From Acidovorax facilis (lineage in GTDB: Bacteria > Pseudomonadota > Gammaproteobacteria > Burkholderiales > Burkholderiaceae_C), in assembly GCA_964031875.1 (NCBI GenBank), contig CAXIRU010000076.1, positions 4,586 to 68,585 on the forward strand: a stretch of DNA of 64,000 bases, written 5' to 3'. Positions 20,180 to 30,911 of the stretch are shown here, one piece after another (position 1 is the stretch's first letter; every line of letters starts with the position of its first letter). Below the pieces are notes generated by a model. It saw only the letters and a program-made list of their open reading frames with translations, was not told the origin of the DNA and made no database searches. Both the position numbers and the translations under genes were made by a program.

Positions 20180-21253
20180 ATGAAGCAAGTCCGCCGCACA
20201 CTTCCACGCCTCTTGCGCCTGCTGGCACTGACCGCGCTGCTGGGCACGGGCGCGGCCCAGGCCGACGACTACACAGAGATCACCCAGCTGATCAAGGCTG
20301 GCAAGTCCACCGAAGCACTCGCCAAGGCCGACCAGCGCCTGGCCGCCAATGCACGCGATCCGCAGCTGCGCTTCCTGCGCGGCGTGGCGCAGGCAGACTC
20401 GGGCAAGCCCGCCGACGCCATCACCACCTTCACCAAGCTGACGGAAGAATACCCGGAGCTGCCCGAACCCTACAACAATCTGGCCGTGCTCTACGCGAAC
20501 CAGAACCAGCTGGACAAGGCCCGCACGGCGCTGGAGATGGCCATCCGCACCAACCCCAGCTACGCCACCGCTCACGAAAACCTGGGTGACATCTACGCCA
20601 AGCTGGCCAGCCAGGCCTACAACAAGGCGCTGCAGCTGGATGCCACCAACGCCAACTCCGTCAAGCCCAAACTGGCGCTGATCCGCGAATTGTTCTCGGC
20701 AGAAACTGCAGGCAAGGCCGGACGCCCTGCAGCAGCCGCTCCGGCAACAGCCCCCGCCGTGGTGGTCACGCAGCGGCCAGCACCGGCTGCAGCGCCGACC
20801 GCTGCACCCACCCCGGCTGCAGCGCCAGCGCCCGCGCCGGCACCGGTGGCATCACCCGCACCTGCTGCAACCCAGGCTCCTGCAGCCGCTCCTGCTGCGG
20901 CCAGCGATGCTGCCGCAGTGCAGGCAGTCACAACGGCCGTACAGGCCTGGGCTGCCGCATGGTCGGCCAAGGACATGCAGGCCTATCTGGGCGCCTACGA
21001 CAAGTCATTCGATCCACCCGGCCGCCAGACGCGTTCTGCATGGGAAAAGGAACGCGAGGCACGCATCGTGGGCAAGTCCAAGATCAGCGTGCAACTGTCC
21101 GATCTCACCGTTGCGGTCAGCGGCGACAAGGCCACCGCCCGCTTTCGCCAAGCCTACACGGCCGACGCGCTCAATGTCACCAGCCGCAAGACACTGGACC
21201 TGGTAAACCAAAGCGGCCGCTGGACCATCGTCCGCGAATCCACAGGCGGCTGA
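20180..21253 (+). CDS. TPR-repeat protein with C-terminal NTF2-like domain
   Basis: Signal peptide, PEPYNNLA TPR, Ala/Pro linker, WAAAWS..Y NTF2-like domain. Confidence 0.85.
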   Translation: MKQVRRTLPRLLRLLALTALLGTGAAQADDYTEITQLIKAGKSTEALAKADQRLAANARDPQLRFLRGVAQADSGKPADAITTFTKLTEEYPELPEPYNNLAVLYANQNQLDKARTALEMAIRTNPSYATAHENLGDIYAKLASQAYNKALQLDATNANSVKPKLALIRELFSAETAGKAGRPAAAAPATAPAVVVTQRPAPAAAPTAAPTPAAAPAPAPAPVASPAPAATQAPAAAPAAASDAAAVQAVTTAVQAWAAAWSAKDMQAYLGAYDKSFDPPGRQTRSAWEKEREARIVGKSKISVQLSDLTVAVSGDKATARFRQAYTADALNVTSRKTLDLVNQSGRWTIVRESTGG

Positions 21254-21338
21254 CGGTGAACCCTTACGCCGGGCCTGCGCATCGTGCGCGGGCTGTGCCT
21301 GCAGCCGCGTCCCCGAAGGCCTGAACCTGAAACCGCGC

Positions 21339-22625
21339 ATGTTTGTGGAGTTGTCCGCACCAAGCCGCCGGGCTGCGGCAGGCTCCCTGCTCTTTGCGGC
21401 ACTGCTGCACGCCGCGCCTGTGCACGCCCAAAGTGGCAAGGCCCGCCGTGCTGCAGCCCAGCCAGCGCCAGAGACGGCCGCCGCCAAAGTGCCCGATCTG
21501 CGCGACGGGGAAGCAGAAACACGCCTGCTGGCGGTCTATAAGCTCATCGCAGAGGGCCGCAGCCGCGAGGCCCTGGTCCGGGCCGAGTCCCTGGCGCGCG
21601 ACTATCCCAACTTCCAACTGGCACAACTGGCCGTGGGCGACCTGCTGACGTCGCGCACACGGCCCATCCGCCGCATGGGCGATGTGCCAGAGCCCGACAC
21701 GGCACGCAGCCTGCAGGCGGCCACCACGTTGGAAGACCTGCGCAACGAATCGCGCCAGCGCGTGGACGCCCAACGCAGCCGCCCGCCCGCACACACCATA
21801 CCCGCCCAGTTTCTGGAGCTGTCGCCCCGCTCGCGCCACGCGATTGCGGTGGACGCGTCGCGCTCGCGCCTGTACCTTTTCGAGAACACGCCCAAGGGAC
21901 TGCAGCTGGTGGCCGACTACTACGCCTCCGTGGGCAAGCTGGGCATCGAAAAGAACCTGGAAGGCGACCAGCGCACGCCGCTCGGCGTGTACTTCATCAC
22001 CAGCCGGCTCGACCCCGCCACGCTCAAGGACTTCTACGGCGCGGGCGCGCTGCCCATCAACTACCCCAACCCGCTGGACCAGAGCCGGGGCAAGACCGGC
22101 AGCGGCATCTGGCTGCATGGCACGCCACCCGACCAGTTCGCCCGTGCGCCCCTGGCCACCGATGGCTGCCTGGTGCTGGCCAATCCTGACCTCGAACGCA
22201 TTCTGCGCACTGTGGAGCCCCGCTCCACCCCCGTGGTCATCGCCCGCCAGCTCCAATGGGTGCCCCCCCATGCGGTGCACGCCGACCGCAAGTCCTTCGA
22301 CGCCGTGCTCAACGCCTGGCGCAGCGCCAAGACCCAGGGCGACATGAACCGTTTGCTGGGCTTTTACGCGCCGGATTTCCAGAGCCACCGCAAAAAACCG
22401 CTCAACGAATGGACCCAGGTGCTGCAGGCCGAGACCCGCGCACTGAAAGGCCGGGAACTCCACCTCAAGGACAAGTCTTACCTGCGCTGGACGGACTCCG
22501 CCGACACCATGGTGGTAACGTTCGGCGAAGTCGCCGAAGGCGCCCGCACGGGCCCCGTCAAACGCCAGTACTGGGCGCGTCGGGGCCAACAATGGCAGAT
22601 ATTTTTCGAAGGAGTGATTGGATGA
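21339..22625 (+). CDS. L,D-transpeptidase family protein
   Basis: [22 protein letters not shown] (YkuD). Confidence 0.9.
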   Translation: MFVELSAPSRRAAAGSLLFAALLHAAPVHAQSGKARRAAAQPAPETAAAKVPDLRDGEAETRLLAVYKLIAEGRSREALVRAESLARDYPNFQLAQLAVGDLLTSRTRPIRRMGDVPEPDTARSLQAATTLEDLRNESRQRVDAQRSRPPAHTIPAQFLELSPRSRHAIAVDASRSRLYLFENTPKGLQLVADYYASVGKLGIEKNLEGDQRTPLGVYFITSRLDPATLKDFYGAGALPINYPNPLDQSRGKTGSGIWLHGTPPDQFARAPLATDGCLVLANPDLERILRTVEPRSTPVVIARQLQWVPPHAVHADRKSFDAVLNAWRSAKTQGDMNRLLGFYAPDFQSHRKKPLNEWTQVLQAETRALKGRELHLKDKSYLRWTDSADTMVVTFGEVAEGARTGPVKRQYWARRGQQWQIFFEGVIG

Positions 22626-23203
22626 TTTCCAGAAGAAATTCGACGCTGGCGCTTGCTGGTATTGCGCTAACAGCTATTATTTCAATAGCACCTGCACAGG
22701 CACAGGATGCTCCCAAGGTCAAGCTCTCCACCTCGATGGGAGACATCGTGGTGCAACTTGATCCCGCCAAGGCGCCCAAGACGGTCGAGAACTTCCTGGG
22801 CTACGTCAAGGACAAGACCTACGACGGCACGGTGTTCCACCGGGTGATCGATGGCTTCATGATCCAGGGCGGTGGCTACACCGCCGACCTGATTCCCAAG
22901 CCCACAAAGGCTCCGATTCCACTCGAGGCCAACAATGGCCTCAAGAACGACACCTACACCATCGCGATGGCGCGCACGGGCAACCCCAACTCGGCCACAT
23001 CGCAGTTCTTCATCAACGTGAAGGACAACGCCATGCTCAACGCACCCAGCCCCGACGGCCATGGCTATGCCGTGTTCGGCAAGGTGATCGAAGGCACAGC
23101 CGTGGTCGACAAGATCAAGGCCGTGGCCACCGGCAACAAGGGCCCGCACCAGAACGTGCCCACCACCCCCGTTACCATCAACTCCGCCACCCTGGTGAAG
23201 TGA
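22622..23203 (+). CDS. ppiA: Periplasmic cyclophilin PPIase
   Basis: [23 protein letters not shown]; signal peptide. Confidence 0.9.
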   Translation: MISRRNSTLALAGIALTAIISIAPAQAQDAPKVKLSTSMGDIVVQLDPAKAPKTVENFLGYVKDKTYDGTVFHRVIDGFMIQGGGYTADLIPKPTKAPIPLEANNGLKNDTYTIAMARTGNPNSATSQFFINVKDNAMLNAPSPDGHGYAVFGKVIEGTAVVDKIKAVATGNKGPHQNVPTTPVTINSATLVK

Positions 23204-23232
23204 ACCCGCCAATTTTTTAAGGAAGCATTTCC

Positions 23233-23739
23233 ATGAGCAACCCCCAGGTCGAACTGCACATCACCGGCTACGGTGTCATCACCCTCGAACTCGACGCCGC
23301 CAAGGCCCCCAAGTCGGTCGAGAACTTTCTGGCCTACGTGAACAAGGGCCACTACAACAACACCATCTTCCACCGCGTGATCCCTGGCTTCATGGTGCAA
23401 GGCGGCGGCTTTGAGCCCGGCATGACCCAGAAGGGCACCGATGCCCCGATCGAGAACGAAGCCAACAACGGCCTCAAGAACGCCAACTACACCGTGGCCA
23501 TGGCCCGCACCAGCGACCCGCACTCGGCCACCGCACAGTTCTTCATCAACGTGGCCGACAACGGCTTCCTGAACCACACGGCGCCATCGGCCCAGGGCTG
23601 GGGCTATGCGGTGTTCGGCAAGGTCGTGTCGGGCACCGACGTGGTGGACAAGATCAAGGCCGTGAAGACAGGCCGCAAGGGTTTCCACGACGACGTGCCC
23701 AAGGAAGACGTGGTGATCGAAAAGGCTGTGGCACTGTGA
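23233..23739 (+). CDS. ppiB: Cytoplasmic cyclophilin PPIase
   Basis: [20 protein letters not shown]. Confidence 0.93.
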   Translation: MSNPQVELHITGYGVITLELDAAKAPKSVENFLAYVNKGHYNNTIFHRVIPGFMVQGGGFEPGMTQKGTDAPIENEANNGLKNANYTVAMARTSDPHSATAQFFINVADNGFLNHTAPSAQGWGYAVFGKVVSGTDVVDKIKAVKTGRKGFHDDVPKEDVVIEKAVAL

Positions 23740-23839
23740 CCCCCACGCTTGCCACTTCGTGTGCTGCGCTGCCCCCCGAGGGGGCCGCAGTCGCCTTGGG
23801 GCGGCCCGGCGGCGACTGAGGGCTGGCATGCCAGCCCCC

Positions 23840-24640
23840 ATGCCTGATCAGGCCACGACCGTGCCCCGGTTCGAGGAGCTTGCCGCTCCCTCGCACTGGC
23901 GCACGGTCGAATTCATTTCAGACCTGCACCTGCAGGCCAGCGAACCCGCCACAGTTGCCGCATTCGCGCACTACCTGGCCACCACCACCGCCGACGCCCT
24001 TTTCATCCTGGGCGATCTGTTCGAAGTGTGGGTGGGCGACGACGCCCTGCAGGAACCCGGCAGCTTTGAGGCCAAAGGCTGCGTCCCCTTGCGGGACGCC
24101 GCGCAACGCCTGCCCGTGTACTTCATGCACGGCAACCGCGACTTTCTGGCGGGCCCAACCTTTCTCGCACACTGCGGCATCACCGGCCTGGCGGACCCGA
24201 CCGTGCTGGTGTTTGGTGGCCAGCGCGTCCTGCTCAGCCATGGCGACCTGCTGTGTCTGGACGATGTCGAGTACCAGCGCTTTCGCGTGCAGGCCCGCAG
24301 CGCCGAGTGGCAGCAGCAGTTTCTCGCCCAGCCCCTGTCCACACGTCGCGCGCAGGCGCGTGGCATCCGCCAGGAAAGCGAGGCGCGCAAACAGTCGGGC
24401 GCCCCCTACGCCGACCTGGACGGCCCGGCCACCCTGACCTGGCTGCAAGCGGCCCAGGCGGACACGCTCATCCACGGCCACACCCATCGCCCCGCCGACC
24501 ATGCGGTGGCACCCGGTTTGCGGCGTGTGGTGCTGAGCGACTGGGATGCCGCTGCATTGCCGCCCCGGGCGGAAACACTGCGTTTGTCGCACATGGGCTT
24601 GGAACGGCTGCCCCTGGCCCCCAAATACCAGCGGTCCTGA
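23840..24640 (+). CDS. lpxH: UDP-2,3-diacylglucosamine diphosphatase
   Basis: FISDLHL, GDLFE, GNRDF, HGHTH; follows ppiB. Confidence 0.93.
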   Translation: MPDQATTVPRFEELAAPSHWRTVEFISDLHLQASEPATVAAFAHYLATTTADALFILGDLFEVWVGDDALQEPGSFEAKGCVPLRDAAQRLPVYFMHGNRDFLAGPTFLAHCGITGLADPTVLVFGGQRVLLSHGDLLCLDDVEYQRFRVQARSAEWQQQFLAQPLSTRRAQARGIRQESEARKQSGAPYADLDGPATLTWLQAAQADTLIHGHTHRPADHAVAPGLRRVVLSDWDAAALPPRAETLRLSHMGLERLPLAPKYQRS

Positions 24641-24676
24641 ACTGCGCGCGGCTTCATCGCCCGCTGCCTGATCGCC

Positions 24677-25501
24677 ATGCCCCCACTTTTCAATCGGCTC
24701 TGGAGCCGCGTCCGCGCCACGGTGGCCCCCGTGCCCGACATCTCTGCCACGCTGTGGCTGCAGACCCTGCAGCGCTACCCATTTCTGGCAGCACTCTCGC
24801 TGCACGACCAGTCCAAGCTGCGCGCGCTCAGCGCCCTCTTTCTGCACCACAAGGAGTTCCACGGTGCCCACGGCCTGGTAGTGACCGACGCCATGGCCAT
24901 CGACATCGCGGCCCAGGCCTGCCTGCCCCTGCTGCACTGGGGCGAACCAACCAAGGCGCTCGACTGGTACGACGATTTTGTGGGCATCGTGCTGCACCCT
25001 GGCGAGGCAGTGGCACGCCGCAAGACGGTGGACGAAGCCGGCGTAGTGCATGAACACACCCAGGTGCTGCTGGGCGAGGCCATGGAGCGCGGCCCCATCA
25101 TGCTCAGCTGGGAGCATGTGGCCAATGCCACCGAGAACACCGCGCGTGGCCACAACGTGGTGGTGCACGAGTTTGTGCACAAGCTCGACATGAAAAGCGG
25201 CGAGCCCAACGGCTGTCCTCCCCTGCCTGCAGGCTTCATGGGTGCACGCACCGGTCGTGCGGCGTATGAGGCCTGGTGGAACGCCTGGGAGCCGGCTTAC
25301 CAGGACTTTCGCGAAGCTGTCATCAAGGCCGAACGCTTCGGTGCCGAACACCCCTGGCTGGACGCCTATGGGGCGACATCGCAATCCGAGTTTTTTGCGG
25401 TGGCCTGCGAGGCCTACTTTGTGAACCGCGAACGCTTTGGGCAGGAGTTTCCAGGGCTAGTGCCCGTGCTGGACGCCTTTTTTCTCCCCCCCACACGCTG
25501 A
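24677..25501 (+). CDS. Zinc-dependent peptidase, MtfA/M90 family
   Basis: NVVVHEFVHKLD, DAYGAT..EFFAV. Confidence 0.88.
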   Translation: MPPLFNRLWSRVRATVAPVPDISATLWLQTLQRYPFLAALSLHDQSKLRALSALFLHHKEFHGAHGLVVTDAMAIDIAAQACLPLLHWGEPTKALDWYDDFVGIVLHPGEAVARRKTVDEAGVVHEHTQVLLGEAMERGPIMLSWEHVANATENTARGHNVVVHEFVHKLDMKSGEPNGCPPLPAGFMGARTGRAAYEAWWNAWEPAYQDFREAVIKAERFGAEHPWLDAYGATSQSEFFAVACEAYFVNRERFGQEFPGLVPVLDAFFLPPTR

Positions 25502-25846
25502 CCTCCACACGCTGACAGTGCATCAGGCCTCCAACTCCGCACTGGACCGCGGAGGCTTTGCGGTGCCGCAGAGCACGCCTGTTAACCCGTGGTGACCCCA
25601 GTGTGAATCAGCCGGGTAGCCATTGCCCGCCCGCTGGCTCGGCGCATCAGAATGCAACAAGCGCTTCGATCTGTGGGCTCACCACATGCCTGAGCACGGC
25701 ATCGCGCCACGCGCCACGACCGCCCAGACGACCGCGCCACTGCAAGGCATCCCGCATAGACTGTTACAGCTGCACAGCGCAAGCAACGCCCATACTGGGG
25801 GATGTTTTGGCAGCATTTTTTCAACAGGGAATCTCAGAGGTATTCG

Positions 25847-28057
25847 GTGCAACACAATCCATCCCTTCCTCACCGCGCCCGCTGGGCACTTCTGGCATCG
25901 CTGGCCATCCCGTTGCTGGCCTCCTGCGGTGGCGGCTCTGGCGACACCCCCGCCCCACCCGCGCCCCCGGCCACGGCACTGTCTTTGCTGGCCGGTAGCA
26001 CCGATGGCCCGGGCAACCAGGACGGGGCCGGGACAACCGCCAAAATCAGCATCGAAACGGAGGGGATGGCACGCACCCCGCAGGGTGACGTGATGATTGC
26101 GGATTTCGGCAACAACACCATCCGAAAGCTCTCGCCCACCGGAGAACTCACCACCTTCGCAGGGGGCGGGCCCGCACGGGCAGACTCCACCACCACAGAG
26201 GCGCGCTACCTGAACGGCGCGGGCACTGCCGCCCGCTTCAACGGGCCCCTGGCAGTGGCTGTGGATGCAACGGGCAACACCTATGTGGCGGATTCAGGAA
26301 ACCATGTGGTGCGCAAGATCGATCCATCCGGCAACGTCACCACACTCGCCGGGCAGGTCGGCGTGTGTGGCAACGCCGACGGCACTGGCAACGCGGCCAC
26401 GCTGTGCAGCCCCACCAGCATTGCCGTGGACAAGGATGGCAATGTCTATGTGTCTGAATGGGCACCCCTGACACAAACCCTGCCCGCAGAGCCCTCCGGC
26501 AACCCTGTCCGCAAGATCACCCCTGCGGGGGTGGTCAGCACGGTGGCGTTCAAGGTGAGCCAGATTCCGACACCTGGCCAAGGGCGCAACAACCCTGCGC
26601 GCTTCTACCCGGTGCAGCTGGCCGTTGACTCCAATGGAGTCTTGTACGCAGCCGACCCCAATGACCATGTGGTGCGCAAGTTTGCACCCGATGGTCAGTC
26701 CACCGTGCTCTCCGGCACCGTGGCGCCCGGCAATGCGGGTTATGTAGACGGCTCCGCATCTGCCGCCAAGTTTGGCGAACTGCAAGCCATTGCCATCGAC
26801 CCGTCCAACCGGGTGTACGTGCTGGACAACTACACAGGCACCCCGCTGCGCGAAATAGCCGCCGATGGCTCTGTGACTACACTGCGGCGCGCACAAGGTT
26901 GCGACTGGGGCGCCGACGGCCTGCGCCCCGTCTTTTGCGCGGCCCGACGCCTGGTGGTGGATGCCGCCGGCCGCTTCCTGGTCACCGAGCGCGATAGCAC
27001 CCGCACGCAACAGGCCTATGCGCAAATCCACCGCTACACCCGCGATGGCGCTGCGGACCTGAAGCTGGGAACACCGCCCAACCCCGGATGGGCCGATGGC
27101 AACGGCAGCGCGGCCCGCTTCGATGGCTCCGGGGCCATCGCCGTGGGTAAGTCGGGCACCCTGTATGTGCGCGACCGCAACAACGGTGCCCTGCGAACCA
27201 TCGCACCCGATGGTGTGGTGGGCACCGTGGGCAAGCCCAACAATCCGTGCGCTCAACTCACGGGGCCCATCAACGACGTCGCGTTCTGCGGCCCAGCCCC
27301 CCTCGCCGTGGATAGTGCTGGCAACATCTACTACCCTGCTGGCAAGCAAATCCTGAAGGCCACACCCGCAGGCAATGTGGCAGTTTTTGCAGACTTGACC
27401 GCCCTACTGGGTGCCATTCCGGTCGTTGTGGACCTGGGTATCCGGGGGCTGGTGTCCGACGACACGGGCACGCTGTATGCGTCGTCGCTACACGGCGTGA
27501 TTGTCAAGATCAGCCCAAGCGGTGCCGCCAGCCTGTATGCGGGCAACCCCAATGCCCGGGGGCATGCGGACGGCCCCGCAGCCTCGGCCCAGTTCTCGGG
27601 CCTGGGCAGTATGGCCCTGGACCCGGCAGGCAATCTATATGTGGTGGATGGGCTTTACCACTTCATCACGGGCGTGGGCCCCACCATCCGCAAGATCACG
27701 CCGACAGGCCTGGTGAGCACGCAGGCGGGTCGTCCGGATGTGCCCCCCGGACTGGTGAACGGCCCGGTGGCCCAGGCGCGTTTGACGGTGGAAAAACTGG
27801 CTGCGCTGACCGACTCCCAGGCCTACCTGGCGGCCGATGCCAAGGGCAACGTCTATGTGACAGACCCCGTCCATCGCGTCGTGCGCAAGATTGGGGCTGA
27901 TGGCCAGGTCGGCACGCTGGTGGGCAAGCCCTGGGGCCAGGGCTTTGCCGCAGGAGACCTGCCCGGCCTGATTGACGAGCCCTGGGGCCTGGCCGTGCGC
28001 GACACCACACTTTTCATTGCCACATCCAACGCGGTAGCGGCTGTCAAACTGCCCTGA
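25847..28057 (+). CDS. NHL-repeat beta-propeller lipoprotein
   Basis: Lipobox LLASC; repeated ARF..P..IAVD..GN.YV.D..N..VRKI units. Confidence 0.88.
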   Translation: MQHNPSLPHRARWALLASLAIPLLASCGGGSGDTPAPPAPPATALSLLAGSTDGPGNQDGAGTTAKISIETEGMARTPQGDVMIADFGNNTIRKLSPTGELTTFAGGGPARADSTTTEARYLNGAGTAARFNGPLAVAVDATGNTYVADSGNHVVRKIDPSGNVTTLAGQVGVCGNADGTGNAATLCSPTSIAVDKDGNVYVSEWAPLTQTLPAEPSGNPVRKITPAGVVSTVAFKVSQIPTPGQGRNNPARFYPVQLAVDSNGVLYAADPNDHVVRKFAPDGQSTVLSGTVAPGNAGYVDGSASAAKFGELQAIAIDPSNRVYVLDNYTGTPLREIAADGSVTTLRRAQGCDWGADGLRPVFCAARRLVVDAAGRFLVTERDSTRTQQAYAQIHRYTRDGAADLKLGTPPNPGWADGNGSAARFDGSGAIAVGKSGTLYVRDRNNGALRTIAPDGVVGTVGKPNNPCAQLTGPINDVAFCGPAPLAVDSAGNIYYPAGKQILKATPAGNVAVFADLTALLGAIPVVVDLGIRGLVSDDTGTLYASSLHGVIVKISPSGAASLYAGNPNARGHADGPAASAQFSGLGSMALDPAGNLYVVDGLYHFITGVGPTIRKITPTGLVSTQAGRPDVPPGLVNGPVAQARLTVEKLAALTDSQAYLAADAKGNVYVTDPVHRVVRKIGADGQVGTLVGKPWGQGFAAGDLPGLIDEPWGLAVRDTTLFIATSNAVAAVKLP

Positions 28058-28201
28058 CCTCCGCCCCTCAACTCTGGCGAATGGGCTGTGCCCCAGGGGT
28101 TGGTCCGCCTGGACCCAAGCCCTCTCGGGGCAGGATCAGCCCGCGCATGGACAGCCTGTCTATTTTTTGACAATTTATCCAATTCTGGATAAATTGTCGA
28201 A

Positions 28202-28897
28202 ATGCCAGACGCAAAGTCCAACCCACCGCCCCCGCCAGCAAGCACAACCCGGCGCACAACAGCCCGGGCCCCCAAGCGTACGCCCGAGCAGGCTGCCCTG
28301 CTGAGCCAGATCGAGCAGGTCGCCCAGGGCCTGGCCGCCACGTTCGCCCCGTTCTGCGAAGTGGTGGTGCACGACCTGCTGGACCCCAAGCACTCCATCC
28401 TTGCCGTCCACAACAACCTCTCGGGCCGCAGCGTGGGCGATCCCACCACCGAGCTCGGATTGACGCGCATCGCCGACCCCGACTACCCCCAGATCGTTGC
28501 CAACTACGCCAACCAGTTTGCCGATGGCCGCCAGGCCAAGAGCACGTCGGTGGGGATCAAGGATGCGTCGGGCAACTACATCGCTGCGCTGTGCCTGAAC
28601 GTGGATCTCACGCTGTTTCGCAGCCTGCAAAGTGTGGTGGGCCAATTCACCGCCATCAACGGTGACACCGGGCTCAGCGAATCGCTCGACCCTGCGGGCG
28701 CAGAGGCCATTCGCCAACGCATTGATCAGTTCGCCGCCCGCCTGTCGACCGCACCGCGCGCGCTCAAGGCCGCCGAGCGCCGCGCGCTGTTGCGCGAGCT
28801 CAAAGACTCGGGCTGCATGGAAGTGCGCCGCGCCATGGAGGTGGTGGCGCAGCACCTGGGCGTCTCGCGCGCCACGGTGTACGGCGACGCGAAGTAG
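28202..28897 (+). CDS. YheO-like PAS/HTH transcriptional regulator
   Basis: CEVVVHDL..SGRSVG; VAQHLGVSRATVY. Confidence 0.9.
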   Translation: MPDAKSNPPPPPASTTRRTTARAPKRTPEQAALLSQIEQVAQGLAATFAPFCEVVVHDLLDPKHSILAVHNNLSGRSVGDPTTELGLTRIADPDYPQIVANYANQFADGRQAKSTSVGIKDASGNYIAALCLNVDLTLFRSLQSVVGQFTAINGDTGLSESLDPAGAEAIRQRIDQFAARLSTAPRALKAAERRALLRELKDSGCMEVRRAMEVVAQHLGVSRATVYGDAK

Positions 28898-29026
28898 CGC
28901 CCTGCCAGCCCCCCCCGCACCCCTGCCTGCACCCAACTCCCCAGTTTCCCGGCTCCCCAAGCGCCGTCCAGGCGCCAAGCCCTGGGTTGCTCGCCTTGTT
29001 CACCCCTTTTCCTGGAGACCCTCGCC

Positions 29027-30001
29027 ATGACCCTTGCCACCCCTGCCCTTCCCACCTATGACGACGTCGTTGCAGCCGCCGGTCGCATCGCAGGCCACGC
29101 GCACCATACACCGGTGCTCACTTCGCGCACCATCAACGAAGAGTTTGGCGCGCAGGTGTTCTTCAAGGCCGAAAACCTGCAGCGCATGGGAGCCTTCAAG
29201 TTTCGCGGCGCTTTCAACGCGCTGGCCAAGTTCAACACAGCGCAGCGCAAGGCGGGCGTGATCGCGTTCTCGTCGGGCAACCATGCGCAGGGCATTGCGC
29301 TGGCCGCACGCGAGCTGGGCATACCTGCCACCATCCTTATGCCCCAGGATGCGCCTGCAGCCAAGGTGGCGGCCACGCAGGGCTATGGCGCGCGGGTGGT
29401 TTTCTTTGACCGCTACAACCAGGACCGCGAGAAGCTCACCCGCGAACTGGCCGAGCGCGATGGCCTCACCATGATCCCGCCCTACGACCATGCCGATGTG
29501 CTGGCAGGCCAGGGCACTGCTGCCAAGGAACTGTTCGAGGAGGTCGGCCCGCTTGATGCCTTGTTTGTGTGCCTGGGCGGTGGCGGGCTGCTGTCGGGCT
29601 CGGCGCTGGCCACGCGGGCGCTGTCGCCCCAGACCAAGCTGTACGGCGTGGAGCCCGCAGCGGGCAACGACGGCCAGCAATCGTTCCGCAGCGGCACCAT
29701 CGTGCACATCGACACCCCGCAGACCATTGCCGATGGCGCGCAGACACAGCACCTGGGCCACATCACCTTCCCCATCATCCAGCGCGATGTGGACGACATC
29801 CTGACGGCGACAGACGCGCAGCTGGTGGACGCCATGCGCTTTTTTGCAGAACGCATGAAGCTCATCGTAGAGCCCACGGGCTGCCTGGGTTTTGCAGCGG
29901 CGCGCGCTATGCGCGATCAACTCAAAGGCCAGCGCGTGGGCATACTGATCAGCGGCGGCAATGTGGACCTGGCACGGTTTTGCGCCTTGCTGGCCGGATA
30001 G
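29027..30001 (+). CDS. PLP-dependent Ser/Thr dehydratase (threo-3-hydroxy-L-aspartate ammonia-lyase-like)
   Basis: GAFKFRGA, SSGNHAQ, GGGGL, ISGGN. Confidence 0.9.
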   Translation: MTLATPALPTYDDVVAAAGRIAGHAHHTPVLTSRTINEEFGAQVFFKAENLQRMGAFKFRGAFNALAKFNTAQRKAGVIAFSSGNHAQGIALAARELGIPATILMPQDAPAAKVAATQGYGARVVFFDRYNQDREKLTRELAERDGLTMIPPYDHADVLAGQGTAAKELFEEVGPLDALFVCLGGGGLLSGSALATRALSPQTKLYGVEPAAGNDGQQSFRSGTIVHIDTPQTIADGAQTQHLGHITFPIIQRDVDDILTATDAQLVDAMRFFAERMKLIVEPTGCLGFAAARAMRDQLKGQRVGILISGGNVDLARFCALLAG

Positions 30002-30052
30002 ATGGGCTGGCGGCTTGGCGGGCGCCGACCTGGCGCCATCGCCCGACGAAGG

Positions 30053-30286
30053 TCAGGCCGACAGCGCCTGCTCCACCGCCGCCTTGGCTTCTTCGAGGCT
30101 GCTGAAAAACCGCATCGGCTGGGGCGTTGCCTTGGGCAAATGGGGTGGCGCTGGCCACAGCCGCTCGTCCTCCCAAACCGCGGTCCAGCCGCCGATGTCC
30201 TTGCGCCTGACGGAGCAAATCGCCTGACCGTCCACCACCGCGTTCCAGGTGGTGGGAGGTGTGTGGTCCCAGCTGAGATGTGCCAT
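30053..30286 (-). CDS. Hypothetical protein
   Basis: 77-aa ORF with GGAGG RBS. Confidence 0.6.
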   Translation of the reverse strand: MAHLSWDHTPPTTWNAVVDGQAICSVRRKDIGGWTAVWEDERLWPAPPHLPKATPQPMRFFSSLEEAKAAVEQALSA

Positions 30287-30911
30287 GGTGCCCTCCAGCA
30301 GTTGCGTAGTTGCTCAGTTGCAAACCATTCTAGGAAGCCGCCACAGGGTGGGCAACGTGCGCAACCCTAGGGTGCTGGATTAGAAGCCCGTTGGTGAGAT
30401 AAATGCGACAGATGCACCCATCGCCCCCTGGCTGGGCGCACGCAGCAGCAATGACTGCAACGCTACACTGCCAGACCAGCCACCTGACGATGCGGAAACT
30501 TTCAGCGCACTGATAAAACGGGATGCTCGCCGAGGACACTCGGTTGCCTTGAGCGCACGGGTGTCTAGGCGTACGGGCGGGTGATCGAACCGACCGGCGG
30601 TAAAGGCATGCCGACATGGCATGAAAAATCCACACCCCCATCAGCCGATAGCGCTCTACCAGATTGCGCTAGCAGCTATTAAATATATAGCAATTATTCC
30701 CAATGGAAGTTCAGCCCCGCACCCTGGTTGAGCAAGGCCTCAAAGCGCAGTGGGCACATGCCTCGCCACACCCAACCCACAAGGCACGTGACGCGTCGGG
30801 GCAGAAGCCGCTGGCGCAGAGCTTGTTACCTTGGCAACAGCAACCGTGCCATGCAGCCCCCACCCTTGGGCGTTGGTCAGGGCCAAGCGCGGCCCCATGC
30901 CGGGCGTGGGG

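Noticed and set aside
20730-20910. Repetitive GC-rich DNA in the TPR gene
   Set aside because: Ordinary Ala/Pro low-complexity linker.
30290-30910. ORFs or ncRNA in the gap between the 77-aa gene and the E1 gene
   Set aside because: No recognisable motif or structure beyond one copy of the dispersed repeat.
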